From positions 32,001 to 96,000 of the forward strand of contig CAWCDG010000004.1 of the NCBI GenBank assembly GCA_963794325.1: a DNA stretch of 64,000 bases, written 5' to 3'. Shown here in pieces: positions 9,297 through 19,694 of the stretch. The stretch comes from an uncultured delta proteobacterium. GTDB lineage: Bacteria; Desulfobacterota; Binatia; Binatales; Binataceae. How positions within the stretch are numbered: position 1 is the stretch's first letter; every line of letters begins with the position of its first letter. The translations under genes were made by a program, and so were the position numbers. The notes under the pieces were generated by a model, which was not told where the DNA came from, did no database searches, and saw nothing but the letters and a program-made list of their open reading frames with translations.

Positions 9297-11672
9297 CTAG
9301 GCGCTGTCAGGACCGCTGGAATCCTTGAACGGCATCTCCATATCGGAATCAGGCCGCGTGTAATGATTGTAGTAGTGCGAGTAGTGCCCGTAGCCGGGAT
9401 GCTTGATGTCGATCTCGTTGAGCAGCACACCGAAAATTTTCGCGCGCGCATATTCGAGCTTCGCGCACGTCATCTTCACGTGATGCTTGGAGGTCTTGAG
9501 GCTGTTCACCACCAGCACCACCCCATCGACCACCGTCGCCAGCAGCAGCGCGTCGCTCACCGGCATCACCGGCGGCGAATCGATGATCACCACGTCATGC
9601 TCATGAGCCACCATCGCGAGCACCTGGCTCATCCGTTCCGAGCCGAGCAGTTCGGTGGGATTCGGCGGCAGCGAGCCCGCGCACATAAACGAAAGGCCGT
9701 CGACGATCGTCGTTCTGATCACGTCCTGCACTTCACAAGTCCCGGTCAGCACTTCGGTGAGCCCAGCAGTATTCTCGAGCGCCAGAACGCGATGGCATCG
9801 GGGCTTCCTTAGATCGGCGTCAATCAGCAGCACGCGAGCCCCGGTCTGCGCGAACATCGCGGCCGTGTTGGTGGCGGATACGGTCTTGCCCTCGGAGCTG
9901 TGAGCGCTGGTGAACAGGATCGTCTTCGGCGGCGCTCCCGCCCGCGACAGCATCAGCGCGGTCCTGAAGGTGCGATACGCCTCGCCGACCAGCGAATACG
10001 GATTTGCAACGCCGAGCAGCTCGCGCCCGTAGCCGATTTTCTTGATGCCGTTGTCTTCCGGCAGCAGCGTTGCTCCTTTCGCCTTGAGCCGAAGGTTGGC
10101 GAACGAAGGAATCGCTCCGATGTTCGGCACGCGCAGGTAGCGCTCGACTTGTTCCGGCGTCTTGAGCGTGGTGTCCAGGTATTCGAGTCCGAAGACCAAC
10201 CCGATAACTGCGATCAGCGCCAGCATCGAGTTGCGCGCGACCATGTTGAATTTTCTCGGACTCGACGGCCCGCCCGGCGTCTCCGCCGGATCGACGATTA
10301 CGATGTTCGAGGTTTGCGACTCCGCCGCGAGCGCAATTCCCTTCATGCGCTCGAGCACGCTCTCGTATAGTTCGCGGTTGGTATCGACCTCGCGCTGCAG
10401 AATCGCGTATTCAACCGCCGCATCGTTGAGCCCGAGCGCCTGCTGCCGCTCCTTGTTCATCTCGTTCTGCAGCTTCTGTTCCTTGTCCGATGCGGCCTGG
10501 TAAGAGCCCTGGATTCCCGCGATGACGCGCGAAATCTCGGCCTCGAGCCTCTGCTGTAACTCCGCTCGCTTCGCCGCCATTTGCATCATGGGCGGATAAT
10601 CGGGCTTGAACTTTCTCCCCATGCTCGCGTAGTCGCCGTCGATTGAGTTCAACTGCGCCTGCACCGTTTGAACCCCGGGGTCGCCCATCACGGCCGGCAT
10701 CGAATCGTATTTGCGGCTGTCGATCAGCTGCATCTGCGCCTCGAGGCCGATTCGATCGACCTGCGCGGTAGTCAAGTCCTTGCTCAGTTCGGAGACGCGA
10801 TCGAGGACCACCGTCTCCTTGCCGTCCAGCGACATCAGTCCCGGGATAATTCCTTTCGCGCGGCGGTAGTCATTGAGCGCGACTTCGGACTTTTCGAGGC
10901 TGTCCTTCAGCTCGCCGAGCCTCTCCTTCAGAAAATTCTCGGCTTCCTCGTTGGACTGGCTGCGCAGCTCGATTCCGAGCCTGATGTATCCGTGCGCGTG
11001 CGCGTTGGCGAGTCTGGAGGCGAGCAGCCGGTCGGTCGAAACGTATTCGATCGTCACTAAATCAGTGTCAGTGACCGGCGAAACCTTCAGCCCGCTCAGG
11101 TAGTGACTAATCAGCGCCGGCGGAACCCCGTTGTGCTCGGTAGGGTCGTCCACAGGATGCGGCCGCGCCTTGCGCCCGTTGGTGTGATTGAGCCAATGAC
11201 TGACCGAGGACAGCGCCGACGCGATCAGGCCGGGCTGCGGCTTGGGCCCGAGGAACGCCGGGTTGTGTTCCAGGTTCTCCGCACGAACTACGTACGCGCC
11301 CAGGGTTCTGCTGCGCAGAATTTCCAGCTGAGTTTTCTGGAAGTTCTCGTACATGTCGGAATCGTAGATGTTCTGATCATCCTGCGTGGCGTCCTTGCCC
11401 TGCATGATCTGAGGACTTCCCGGCTTGAGCAGTATCGTCCCCTTCGCGGTGTAGAGCGGCGTCTGCATGTATGCGTAGATCGTCGTCAGCACCAGCACCG
11501 CGAATACCACGCCTATAACCAGCGACAGCCGCTTCCTGATCACATGCCAGTAGCCGAGCAGATCGATCCGGCCCTCCTCTTCGTCGAAGGCGCCGGGGCC
11601 GAATCCGATTCCGCGCGGCGGCTCTTCGAGCTGGCTGGTGCGGCGGATGAAATATGGCGATGGTTGGGTCAT
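9297..11672 (-). CDS. wzc: Polysaccharide co-polymerase / tyrosine autokinase (Wzc/GumC)
   Basis: Two TM segments around a coiled-coil periplasmic domain; EGKT Walker A, IDADLRKP, IIDSPP; C-terminal Tyr cluster GYGHYSHYYNHY. Confidence 0.9.
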   Translation of the reverse strand: MTQPSPYFIRRTSQLEEPPRGIGFGPGAFDEEEGRIDLLGYWHVIRKRLSLVIGVVFAVLVLTTIYAYMQTPLYTAKGTILLKPGSPQIMQGKDATQDDQNIYDSDMYENFQKTQLEILRSRTLGAYVVRAENLEHNPAFLGPKPQPGLIASALSSVSHWLNHTNGRKARPHPVDDPTEHNGVPPALISHYLSGLKVSPVTDTDLVTIEYVSTDRLLASRLANAHAHGYIRLGIELRSQSNEEAENFLKERLGELKDSLEKSEVALNDYRRAKGIIPGLMSLDGKETVVLDRVSELSKDLTTAQVDRIGLEAQMQLIDSRKYDSMPAVMGDPGVQTVQAQLNSIDGDYASMGRKFKPDYPPMMQMAAKRAELQQRLEAEISRVIAGIQGSYQAASDKEQKLQNEMNKERQQALGLNDAAVEYAILQREVDTNRELYESVLERMKGIALAAESQTSNIVIVDPAETPGGPSSPRKFNMVARNSMLALIAVIGLVFGLEYLDTTLKTPEQVERYLRVPNIGAIPSFANLRLKAKGATLLPEDNGIKKIGYGRELLGVANPYSLVGEAYRTFRTALMLSRAGAPPKTILFTSAHSSEGKTVSATNTAAMFAQTGARVLLIDADLRKPRCHRVLALENTAGLTEVLTGTCEVQDVIRTTIVDGLSFMCAGSLPPNPTELLGSERMSQVLAMVAHEHDVVIIDSPPVMPVSDALLLATVVDGVVLVVNSLKTSKHHVKMTCAKLEYARAKIFGVLLNEIDIKHPGYGHYSHYYNHYTRPDSDMEMPFKDSSGPDSA

Positions 11673-11684
11673 ATCACGCGTGCA

Positions 11685-12926
11685 CTAGAACGTCGGCAGC
11701 GGGATCGCCATGCGGGTAAGTACGTTGTACACAACATAGGGACCAATCTTGGCGTCCGAGTATGGAACGTCGATTACGTCATTCGCACGGACCGGAATGT
11801 CGGGATTCTCACCTTTCGCGATCTTTACCAGGTCGATCGGTATCGCGACTTTGTTGCCATTGCCGTCACTGCGCATCAGCGTCGCGTCCGAAGGATCGGC
11901 TGCGTACATCGCTCCGCCCGCCGATCCTACCGCACCCAGCGCAGTAAGTCCCGATCCGACCGTGAAGTAGCCCGGCCGATAAACCCATCCGGTGACCATC
12001 ACATTGCCGCCGCCCGGAACCACGATGATGTCCCCCGGCTCAACCGGCATGTTCATGTAATGCGCACTGCCGGTCAGCGCAGTTGCTTTGAGCGGAATCA
12101 CGACCGCCGGCCCATTGGAGACGCTCTTCTGTAGATCCTCCATCGTCGGCGCGTCCTTCGGCGGCGGCACAGTCAGCACGTTGGCGGGAGGGCCGGCATG
12201 CGGATCGCCGTTGTTCGCGACGCTGACGGGCCGACCCGCCTGGTCGCCCGGGTCCGACATCGACAGGGCCACGCGCTGCAGTTTCAGTCCCTCGCTGCTG
12301 ACCTGCGGCATGATAACGACTTCGTCAGCCGCGTCCGCGGTCACGCCGCCGGCCTGCGTCAGGACGTCGAGCACCGATTCGCCAGCGCCACTGAGCGTAA
12401 TCAGCCCCGGCGCGTGCACCGCCCCGACCACCGCGACCTGCCGGCTTTTGTATTCCTTGACGAACAGATCGACCTGCGGATCGTACATGTATTTTTCCAG
12501 CGCCTTCGAAATCTTGTCGCGCAGCTCCGACTCCGGGATTCCCGCCGCGTGGACCGTGCCGATTAGCGGCAAGTCGATATTGCCTTCGCTGCCAACCCTC
12601 ACCGTGCGCTCTTTGAACTCATCCACTCCGGGTACTGAGATCTGGAGCATGTCGCCGATGCCAATTGGATAGTCGGTCGTGCTGGCTTGCGATCGCGCGG
12701 TCCAAAGCGTTTCCAGGCGCTCGAGGTTCTTGGGTGAGCTCGCCACGCTTGGAACGCGATCTTCCGCCGATGGCGCGGGGGCATTCGGCGATTGAACATC
12801 AGCGGCCGATGCCGCCGTTGCCGGCGGCGCCGCCTGAGGGGCGGGCGCACTGGCGCAACCTATCAGCGATACGGCCGCAATCGCGGCAATTCCATACAAT
12901 GAATGTCGAGTCGCGTACTTACTCAT
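11685..12926 (-). CDS. wza: Polysaccharide export lipoprotein (Wza/Poly_export with SLBB domains)
   Basis: Lipobox LIGC; YPIGIGDMLQISV...GNIDLPLIG; SLBB repeats VVGAVHAPG and VTGWVYRPG. Confidence 0.85.
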   Translation of the reverse strand: MSKYATRHSLYGIAAIAAVSLIGCASAPAPQAAPPATAASAADVQSPNAPAPSAEDRVPSVASSPKNLERLETLWTARSQASTTDYPIGIGDMLQISVPGVDEFKERTVRVGSEGNIDLPLIGTVHAAGIPESELRDKISKALEKYMYDPQVDLFVKEYKSRQVAVVGAVHAPGLITLSGAGESVLDVLTQAGGVTADAADEVVIMPQVSSEGLKLQRVALSMSDPGDQAGRPVSVANNGDPHAGPPANVLTVPPPKDAPTMEDLQKSVSNGPAVVIPLKATALTGSAHYMNMPVEPGDIIVVPGGGNVMVTGWVYRPGYFTVGSGLTALGAVGSAGGAMYAADPSDATLMRSDGNGNKVAIPIDLVKIAKGENPDIPVRANDVIDVPYSDAKIGPYVVYNVLTRMAIPLPTF

Positions 12927-13408
12927 TTCGATTTAGAAACCTTCGTGTCTGTTGACGAGGCTCCGAGCTTTGCAACCGCCAGTGGAGGCGCTGTTTTCGA
13001 TAGCCCCCAATTCACAGTCAGCCCTTCCGCGGGCACATAGGATACCACCGTCTCACCCTTCAGCATCAGTCTGTAGGCTCCCGCCCGGAGACCGCGTATC
13101 TCGTACGATCCCTCGGCGTCGGAAACGGCCGACCCTGCACCAGCCCCGGTCGAAGCGAGCACCGAAACCTGAACGCCGGCCACCGGTTGTCCCATCTCAT
13201 TGGCGACATGGCCGACGAGATCAGCACTCGACGCGGCGGTGGCCGGTATTATTACGAACATTCCAGCCGTGGCCAATGCAGACAGCACTCTTGACCGGGT
13301 ATGCGTCCGCCCTCCCATCAGGCGGGCATTGCGATGAAAACCGTTGGAATCCATGGCGCTCAGCCTTCGCAGTCTCGAAGTTGAACGATCCTCAACGTCA
13401 CACGACAC
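12923..13408 (-). CDS. Secreted carboxypeptidase-regulatory-like (transthyretin-like) domain protein; true start probably downstream of 13408
   Basis: Signal-like segment followed by G.V....GQPVAGVQV...SDAEGSYEIRGLRAGAYRL; 4-nt overlap with the wza start. Confidence 0.7.
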   Translation of the reverse strand: MSCDVEDRSTSRLRRLSAMDSNGFHRNARLMGGRTHTRSRVLSALATAGMFVIIPATAASSADLVGHVANEMGQPVAGVQVSVLASTGAGAGSAVSDAEGSYEIRGLRAGAYRLMLKGETVVSYVPAEGLTVNWGLSKTAPPLAVAKLGASSTDTKVSKSK

Positions 13409-13836
13409 CGTCTCCGCGCTCTTTAAGCCGCATGCCGCGATTCGCTCGGGGTCTGGTTGATTGATCGCGTATCGCTGTCGCCGGTGATTTTGTACGAAGA
13501 TTAACCTTGAAGACAGCGAAAGTCAGCCCGAACCTCAGGGCAGTTCCCAACCCTTCGCGCCGCTGCATGAAAAACCAGCGCCCGCCGTGCCTGTCGTGTA
13601 AAATGTATGAGTCCCGATCGTGCTCGGGATGCTAGCAACTTCACTGACGCTAAAGCAAGTGAAGAGTTCCTATGAAAAGTAGTAATATCGTACGAGGCGT
13701 AAACACCCGCAACTAGGCCAACTCAGGCAGCGATAGGCTATCAGTGCCCTTCCAGCGCAGAATATCAGCAAAGGGATTCGAAGATCGATTTCCTTTTAGA
13801 TCGACGCGCTTTGTCGCTTCAAACCAATCGACGCGA

Positions 13837-16467
13837 TTATTGACAATTTATGCTCACTACGTCCGCGCCCGTTCCGGTGAGTGTGACGCTGCCGGCCGCC
13901 GGCGTTCCTGTCGTAACTGCGTGAGCTGCACTTGCCCCGCAGACGCTGTTGGCGCGAACGCAAATATTGGTGAAAGTCCCCGAGCCTGACGTTAGTGTGA
14001 CCGATCCGTTGCATGGCGTGGCCGTCACAGCACCAGGCGTACTGGACCACGGCACGCTGCCCCATCCCTGCAGCGTTGCGTTTGCGACAGCCACCGGACT
14101 CAGTGCGCCGCTCTCGGCAATGATCTGAGTCGGCGAATGGTCGGCGTACATATTCACGCCGGTGAAGGTGACTCTGGCGCCATTGTCGAGGACCGCTGCG
14201 GAAGCGTTGTTCGACCCGGCAATCGCACCGCCCTGAATGCTGACGTTCTCCGGTCCCGTCACAAACAGATGGGAGAACGCGCCGCTTCCTTCGGCGTCGT
14301 CCTGCGGATTTATCTCGGCTATGGTTCCACCGATGCCGGATGAAACAGCCAGGCCATACCTGGGCGCCGTGATTGAGGACTGGGTACACAAAGGATCGGT
14401 CAGAGTGGCGTTTGAATTGATAGCTTCACAAGCCCAGGCATTTGTCACTTGAGTGTTGTAGAAATAAACATCGTTGGCGTTGCTCGCGACAATCCCATAG
14501 CGACCCGGCACACCTATATAGTAGAGGTTGGAAAAGATGAAATTGTTATAGGCCAGGTTCCATAGTTCAAAGCCTATTTCGCAACCCTTAAATCCGAATC
14601 CTTGTCCACATGAGATATGATCAGCGGTCGCGTTGTGGGTTCCGTCGAACAGCAATCCCGACACGTCCGGGCCGCTTGGGTTGATAACGATATTCTGCAC
14701 AGTGTTGTAGGTCTGGTTGAGTCCGGGCACGGTACTTCCAGAAAAATACTCGTAAAGCCATCCGAAACCCCATGAGCCTGAAGCCAGGCTGTTGTCGTAG
14801 GCCTTGATAAACGGTGCGCCGCCCGGCGCGGTCTCACCGTTGGTCAGTATTAGAGTATTGGAGTCGGCGCTAAACTTCGCGCTAGGAACTGTTCCGATAG
14901 TGCCAGTCCAACGAGCCGAGTTGGATATGCGCACCGAATCGACGTAGCCGTTGATTGCCCCCGCATAACTGCCTCCATTGGGCCATGCGGTACCCATCGA
15001 AGGGCCGATGGTCACGTCCTCAGTAGGGTCTTGAACTATAGTGCCCGACGCGGCCGCTGTTCCAGCAGGAGAGCAATTAGTACTTCCGGGAATACAGACG
15101 TACATTCGAGCGGTCGTGCCGTCGTAAGTCAAAGCATAGTAGTACACAGTTCCGGTAGTAACTGCGCCGCCATTGTTACCGACGTTTCCACCCGTCGTAT
15201 GCAATTGAAAATTCCACTGTCCACCGGAGATTCTGGTTTGGAACGCCGCGACTTGCCCTATCGTCTGTGACGGAACGGAATTACTGGTAACCATGTTGCC
15301 ATCGCCTGCGGTTACATCCTTGACGTACATCTCAACGGTGAAGGCGCTTAGACCGTTCAGATTCATGCCGCTCGGCGATCCTAGTGGACCGTTAACGCCG
15401 TCCCACTCACGCAGATTCAGCCAATAGTTATTGCGCGATGCGTTCGTGAAATCGAAGGCGTTGCCCGCGCCGCTGACCAGAGACGCACGAAGCGGGATGC
15501 CGGTAAAAGCAGAACCAACGAACACCAGCGTCTTGCCGAAGTCATAGAAGGGCTCGATAGGACCGGCGATGCCCGTGCCGCTGAGATTAGCGCCGTTACA
15601 CTTGCCCCATAATGGATAGTTGATCCTGTAGCCGGTCGCAGAAGGTAAGAATCCTTGGCCGGGAGTTGTGCATTCGGCATTTAGAACGTTCTGTATGCTT
15701 GCAGTGTCGTCGGTCGCGGCGTCGCCCTTCGCGCCGTAAGCCTTTGCGTTATAAGCCCCGTTGATGTTGAACCCGCTGAGCGCGTCTGAGCCGTCGTGCT
15801 TCGCACCCGCCATCGTGTTGACCTGCGCGCCCGTCTGCCCGGAATAGATCGGAGCTTTGCCGCCCAGCACGGTCTGCACAGTAGCCGCGGGCAGCGTCCC
15901 GGAGAGATCGCCCCCGGTCATCGTAGTCGAGGTAGTGACCGGGACCTGGCCGCCGAGGACGGTAGCTACAGTAGGATTTGGTAGTGAGCCGCCTAAGTCT
16001 CCCCCGCTCGTCTGCCCGAACGAAAGCGCGTCGCCGCTAGCTGTTCCGTTGGCCAGCGATGTGACCTTGTTGCCATTCGCGTTAAGAGTCGATTCGAGGG
16101 TGCTGATTGAGCAGGACCACTGGCCGCGGGCTCCGAGTGCCCATGCACCGCCTCCTCCACTCCCGCACGGCGTCGTGCGCTTGCAGTCTTTGCAGTAGAG
16201 GATCAAGCCGTCCTGCTCGGCCGGCAGATTTGCGAAGGTAGGACTGACAACCATCGGCAAGATGGGTTGGCCGCCGGACAAGCGGCTGTTGATAGCCTCG
16301 CGGAACTGGAGTCCTGCGCCGACGCCGGTGAAATTTGGAATCGGTTGATAGGCGCCGGGGGGCGGCAAGTTCTGCGCATCGGCGCTCGACAGCGAAATCA
16401 TTACAAGCGCTAATGCGGAGACTGAAAAGACTGAAAGAACCGGCCACGAAGTCCGTTTCGAGTACAT
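13837..16467 (-). CDS. Large secreted protein: Cys-rich N-module, GGDL repeats, pectate-lyase-3-like beta-helix with an inserted LamG/concanavalin domain (tailspike-like)
   Basis: Signal peptide ending ADA; AYGAKGDAATDDTASIQ; LamG motifs FTVEMYV, YYALTYDGTTARMYV, GYVDSVRISNSAR; Asn/Gly/Thr-rich beta-helix. Confidence 0.7.
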   Translation of the reverse strand: MYSKRTSWPVLSVFSVSALALVMISLSSADAQNLPPPGAYQPIPNFTGVGAGLQFREAINSRLSGGQPILPMVVSPTFANLPAEQDGLILYCKDCKRTTPCGSGGGGAWALGARGQWSCSISTLESTLNANGNKVTSLANGTASGDALSFGQTSGGDLGGSLPNPTVATVLGGQVPVTTSTTMTGGDLSGTLPAATVQTVLGGKAPIYSGQTGAQVNTMAGAKHDGSDALSGFNINGAYNAKAYGAKGDAATDDTASIQNVLNAECTTPGQGFLPSATGYRINYPLWGKCNGANLSGTGIAGPIEPFYDFGKTLVFVGSAFTGIPLRASLVSGAGNAFDFTNASRNNYWLNLREWDGVNGPLGSPSGMNLNGLSAFTVEMYVKDVTAGDGNMVTSNSVPSQTIGQVAAFQTRISGGQWNFQLHTTGGNVGNNGGAVTTGTVYYYALTYDGTTARMYVCIPGSTNCSPAGTAAASGTIVQDPTEDVTIGPSMGTAWPNGGSYAGAINGYVDSVRISNSARWTGTIGTVPSAKFSADSNTLILTNGETAPGGAPFIKAYDNSLASGSWGFGWLYEYFSGSTVPGLNQTYNTVQNIVINPSGPDVSGLLFDGTHNATADHISCGQGFGFKGCEIGFELWNLAYNNFIFSNLYYIGVPGRYGIVASNANDVYFYNTQVTNAWACEAINSNATLTDPLCTQSSITAPRYGLAVSSGIGGTIAEINPQDDAEGSGAFSHLFVTGPENVSIQGGAIAGSNNASAAVLDNGARVTFTGVNMYADHSPTQIIAESGALSPVAVANATLQGWGSVPWSSTPGAVTATPCNGSVTLTSGSGTFTNICVRANSVCGASAAHAVTTGTPAAGSVTLTGTGADVVSINCQ

Positions 16468-16615
16468 TTCTGACACCTTGCCGCGGACGGTCGGGCGTTT
16501 ATCGCGAGATTTCAAGCAGTGATCGTAAATAGCGCGGGCGGTAATCGAAGATAGACGAACATCAGCAATAGTCTGCCATCAAAATTCGAAAAGCGTAAGG
16601 CTAAAAAGTTCAGGG

Positions 16616-16632
16616 GCAGGGGTGACCCCTGC
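16616..16632. repeat. Palindromic repeat family A (GCAGGGGTGACCCCTGC), copy 1
   Basis: Identical 17-mer at 16616, 40009 and 60811, all intergenic. Confidence 0.85.
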
Positions 16633-16752
16633 ACCCAGTGCTTTTGGCTGTTCGTGGCGGCGCTCCTTCGTCGCGCCGCGCGATTCGATCCTCCACCCTA
16701 ACCGTCCTCCGATGTTGGAGGAGGGAATCAAGGCGGGAAAACAGTCTCGTTC

Positions 16753-17691
16753 CTACTCGCCCTTGGCTTCGAGCCAGCGTTCGGCGTCGATGGCGGCCAT
16801 GCATCCGGTGCCGGCGGCGGTTACTGCCTGGCGATAGACGCTGTCGACGACGTCGCCGCAGGCGAAGACGCCGTCGATGTTGGTGTAGGTCGAGCCTGGC
16901 TTCACTTTGAGGTAGCCGATCTCGTCCATCTCGAGCTGGCCCTTGAACAGCGCGCTGTTGGGATTGTGACCGATCGCGACGAACACGGCGTCAGTCTTGT
17001 GGTCGGTGAGTTTACCGGTCTTGAGATTTTTCAACGTGACGCCGCTGACCCCTTCTTTCTGCTCGCCGTGGATTTTTTCGATGGCGGAATCCCAGATGAA
17101 TCCAATCTTGGGATTCTTGCGCGCGCGATCCTGCATGATCTTCGACGCCCGCAGCGAATCGCGGCGATGCACGACCGTGGCTTTGTTGACGAAGCGGGTC
17201 AGGAAGGTTGCTTCTTCCATCGCGGTGTCGCCGCCGCCGACCACGATCGCATCCTTGTTCTTGAAGAATGCGCCGTCGCAGGTGGCGCATGCGCTGACCC
17301 CATAGCCCATCAATCGTTTTTCAGAATCTATTCCCAGAAGTTTCGCGGTCGCGCCGGTCGCGATGATCACGGCTTCGGCCTGGATCACTTTGTCGTCGGC
17401 GACCAGCTCGAAGGGCCGCTTGCCGAAACGCACCTCGGTAACCGCGCCGCTTATGAAACGCGTGCCGAACCGGGTCACTTGGCGACGGAACACGTCCATC
17501 ATCTCGGGACCCTGGATGCCGTGCTCGAAGCCGGGATAGTTCTCGACCTCGGTGGTGATAGTGAGCTGGCCGCCGGGTTCATAGCCCTCGATCAAGAGGG
17601 GATTCAGATTGGCGCGGGCAGTATAGAGCGCCGCGGTGAGTCCGGCGGGGCCGGAGCCGAGAATTACGACCTTGTTGATTTGATCAGCCAT
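16753..17691 (-). CDS. trxB: Thioredoxin-disulfide reductase
   Basis: GSGPAGLTAA, CATCDG active site, VGGGDTAMEEA, RQAVTAAGTG. Confidence 0.97.
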   Translation of the reverse strand: MADQINKVVILGSGPAGLTAALYTARANLNPLLIEGYEPGGQLTITTEVENYPGFEHGIQGPEMMDVFRRQVTRFGTRFISGAVTEVRFGKRPFELVADDKVIQAEAVIIATGATAKLLGIDSEKRLMGYGVSACATCDGAFFKNKDAIVVGGGDTAMEEATFLTRFVNKATVVHRRDSLRASKIMQDRARKNPKIGFIWDSAIEKIHGEQKEGVSGVTLKNLKTGKLTDHKTDAVFVAIGHNPNSALFKGQLEMDEIGYLKVKPGSTYTNIDGVFACGDVVDSVYRQAVTAAGTGCMAAIDAERWLEAKGE

Positions 17692-17792
17692 ATTATTCGT
17701 TTGCGTGATGGTTGAGATGTTCGGGCGAACCGAGAATCAAGAGTTTATTGTATCTGCGCGGGCGGTCAACATAAGCTCTAACCACTCCTTCG

Positions 17793-18332
17793 ATGGCGGG
17801 CAAGAAACAATCCTTAAAGCGGGGCGCCGTATCCACGCGCCTGACGCATCTTGATGCGCGCGGGCGGATTCGGATGGTTGATGTCGGCGAGAAGCCGGTG
17901 ACGCGCCGCGAGGCAGTGGCGCGCGGCGAGGTCCGGATGGCGCGCGCGACGTTGGATGCGATCGTCGGCGGGCGCCTCAAGAAGGGCGAAGCGCTCGCGG
18001 CGGCGCGGATTGCTGGAATCATGGCGGCGAAACGCACGCATGAGATGATTCCGCTATGCCATCAGATACCGCTGGAAGTGGTCGAGGTCGATTTCAATCC
18101 CGATGCCACCCACTCGACGCTGCAAATACAAGCGCGCGCGGTGACGGACGCGCGCACCGGCGTCGAGATGGAAGCGCTGGTCGCGGTGAGTGCGGCGGCG
18201 CTGACGATTTACGACATGGCCAAGGCAATCGATCGCGCGATGGAAATCGGCGCGATTCGGCTGATCGCGAAGCGCGGCGGCCGCAGCGGCGACATTGCTC
18301 GCGACGGCGAGCCGCCATGGCCGATACGGTGA
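17793..18332 (+). CDS. moaC: Cyclic pyranopterin monophosphate synthase MoaC
   Basis: LTHLD...[24 protein letters not shown]. Confidence 0.95.
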   Translation: MAGKKQSLKRGAVSTRLTHLDARGRIRMVDVGEKPVTRREAVARGEVRMARATLDAIVGGRLKKGEALAAARIAGIMAAKRTHEMIPLCHQIPLEVVEVDFNPDATHSTLQIQARAVTDARTGVEMEALVAVSAAALTIYDMAKAIDRAMEIGAIRLIAKRGGRSGDIARDGEPPWPIR

Positions 18333-19513
18333 ACGCGCCGCTCGCGCGCGCGATTCTTAAGCGCGGGAGGGAGGGGCCGGTCCGCGGCGGAAATCCGTGG
18401 ATTTTCTCGCAAGCAATCGACCGGATTGAACCGCCGTCGCCTGAGGCGGGTGCGCTGATCAGCGTGCATGACGCCTCGGGCGCGTTGATTGGGATGGGTT
18501 ACTGCAACCTCGCGACGACGATCGCGATTCGGATGCTGGCGTGGGGCGAGACTCCCGGTATCGACGAGTTGGTCGCGCGGCGGTTGAAGAGCGCGATCGC
18601 GCTGAGAAAGCGATTCATCGATGACGATACGAATGCGTACCGACTCGTCAATGGCGATGGCGATGGGCTGTCGGGGGTCGTCGTCGATCGATTCGGAGAT
18701 GTGATCGTCGTGCAAATCCTGACTGCGGGCGCGGACCGGATGCGCGCGGCGATGGTCGATGCGCTGAGCGAGCTGCTGCATCCGCAGGCGATCATCGAAC
18801 GGAGCCATGGCGCGGTGCGGAAGCAGGAGGGCCTCGACGATCATATCGCGGTTCTCGCCGGCGAGGCGGTGACAGAAACGATCGCGGTCGAGAATGGAAT
18901 CAAGCTCAAGATTGATTTCGAGCATGGACAGAAGACCGGGTACTTCCTCGATCAACGCGACAACCGCGCGGTTGCGGGCCGAATCGCGGCCGGCGGGCGG
19001 GTGCTCGACGCATTCTGCTACCAGGGTGGATTTTCGCTGGCGGCGCTTGCAGGACGCGCCAGTAAAGTCGTCGCGGTTGATACGTCGGCGCGGGCGCTCG
19101 AAGTCGCGCGGCAGAATCTCGAGCTGAACGAGCATCCTGCGAGCGCCGTCGAGTTTGTTCACGGCGAGGCAGGCAAGTTCATGGCGGAGACCGCGAATCG
19201 GTTCGACCTGATCGTTCTCGATCCGCCGCCGCTGGCGCGCAGCCGGGGCGATGCGGAGCGCGCAGGACGGCTTTACGTCGAGCTCAACACGGTCGCGATG
19301 CGGGCGTTGGCGCCGGGCGGGCGTCTGATGACGTTCTCGTGCTCGACGCATTTTCGCGGCGAGGATGTTGTCCGTGCGGTGCGATTCGCCGGGTCCAACG
19401 CGGGCCGCACGCTTCGCTTGATTGCGCATCTCGGGCCGGGCGCGGACCATCCTGTGCTGCTCGGTCATGGCGAGGGCGAGTACCTGACCGGCCTGCTGCT
19501 GGCGGACTTGTAG
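18317..19513 (+). CDS. rlmI: RlmI-like 23S rRNA m5C methyltransferase (PUA plus SAM domains)
   Basis: [28 protein letters not shown]; start reassigned to ATG 18317, overlapping the end of moaC. Confidence 0.85.
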   Translation: MADTVNAPLARAILKRGREGPVRGGNPWIFSQAIDRIEPPSPEAGALISVHDASGALIGMGYCNLATTIAIRMLAWGETPGIDELVARRLKSAIALRKRFIDDDTNAYRLVNGDGDGLSGVVVDRFGDVIVVQILTAGADRMRAAMVDALSELLHPQAIIERSHGAVRKQEGLDDHIAVLAGEAVTETIAVENGIKLKIDFEHGQKTGYFLDQRDNRAVAGRIAAGGRVLDAFCYQGGFSLAALAGRASKVVAVDTSARALEVARQNLELNEHPASAVEFVHGEAGKFMAETANRFDLIVLDPPPLARSRGDAERAGRLYVELNTVAMRALAPGGRLMTFSCSTHFRGEDVVRAVRFAGSNAGRTLRLIAHLGPGADHPVLLGHGEGEYLTGLLLADL

Positions 19514-19694
19514 TTTCTGGCTGACGCTCAGTGATGGAGGTATCTCGATGGCCGCCAAAGTCGCGGCGCTGGTGCGCGGCGAAACTGGAGGCTAAGGCAG
19601 TCGCACCGGTTCGATCACTCGCACCAAAAATACGACTTGCTAAGCTTGCGGGTTTGCTTGAGTATAGAGCAAATTTTTCGACGGGATCGGGCGA

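Noticed and set aside
13409-13836. ops/JUMPStart element or c-di-GMP riboswitch ahead of the polysaccharide operon
   Set aside because: I found no GGCGGTAG ops match or recognisable riboswitch consensus on the coding strand; a covariance search would be needed to exclude it fully.
17692-17792. Moco riboswitch upstream of moaC
   Set aside because: The 100-bp divergent gap is too short and shows no matching structure.
18056-18316. N-terminal extension of the RlmI-like ORF
   Set aside because: It overlaps moaC out of frame; ATG 18317 gives a normal-length protein.
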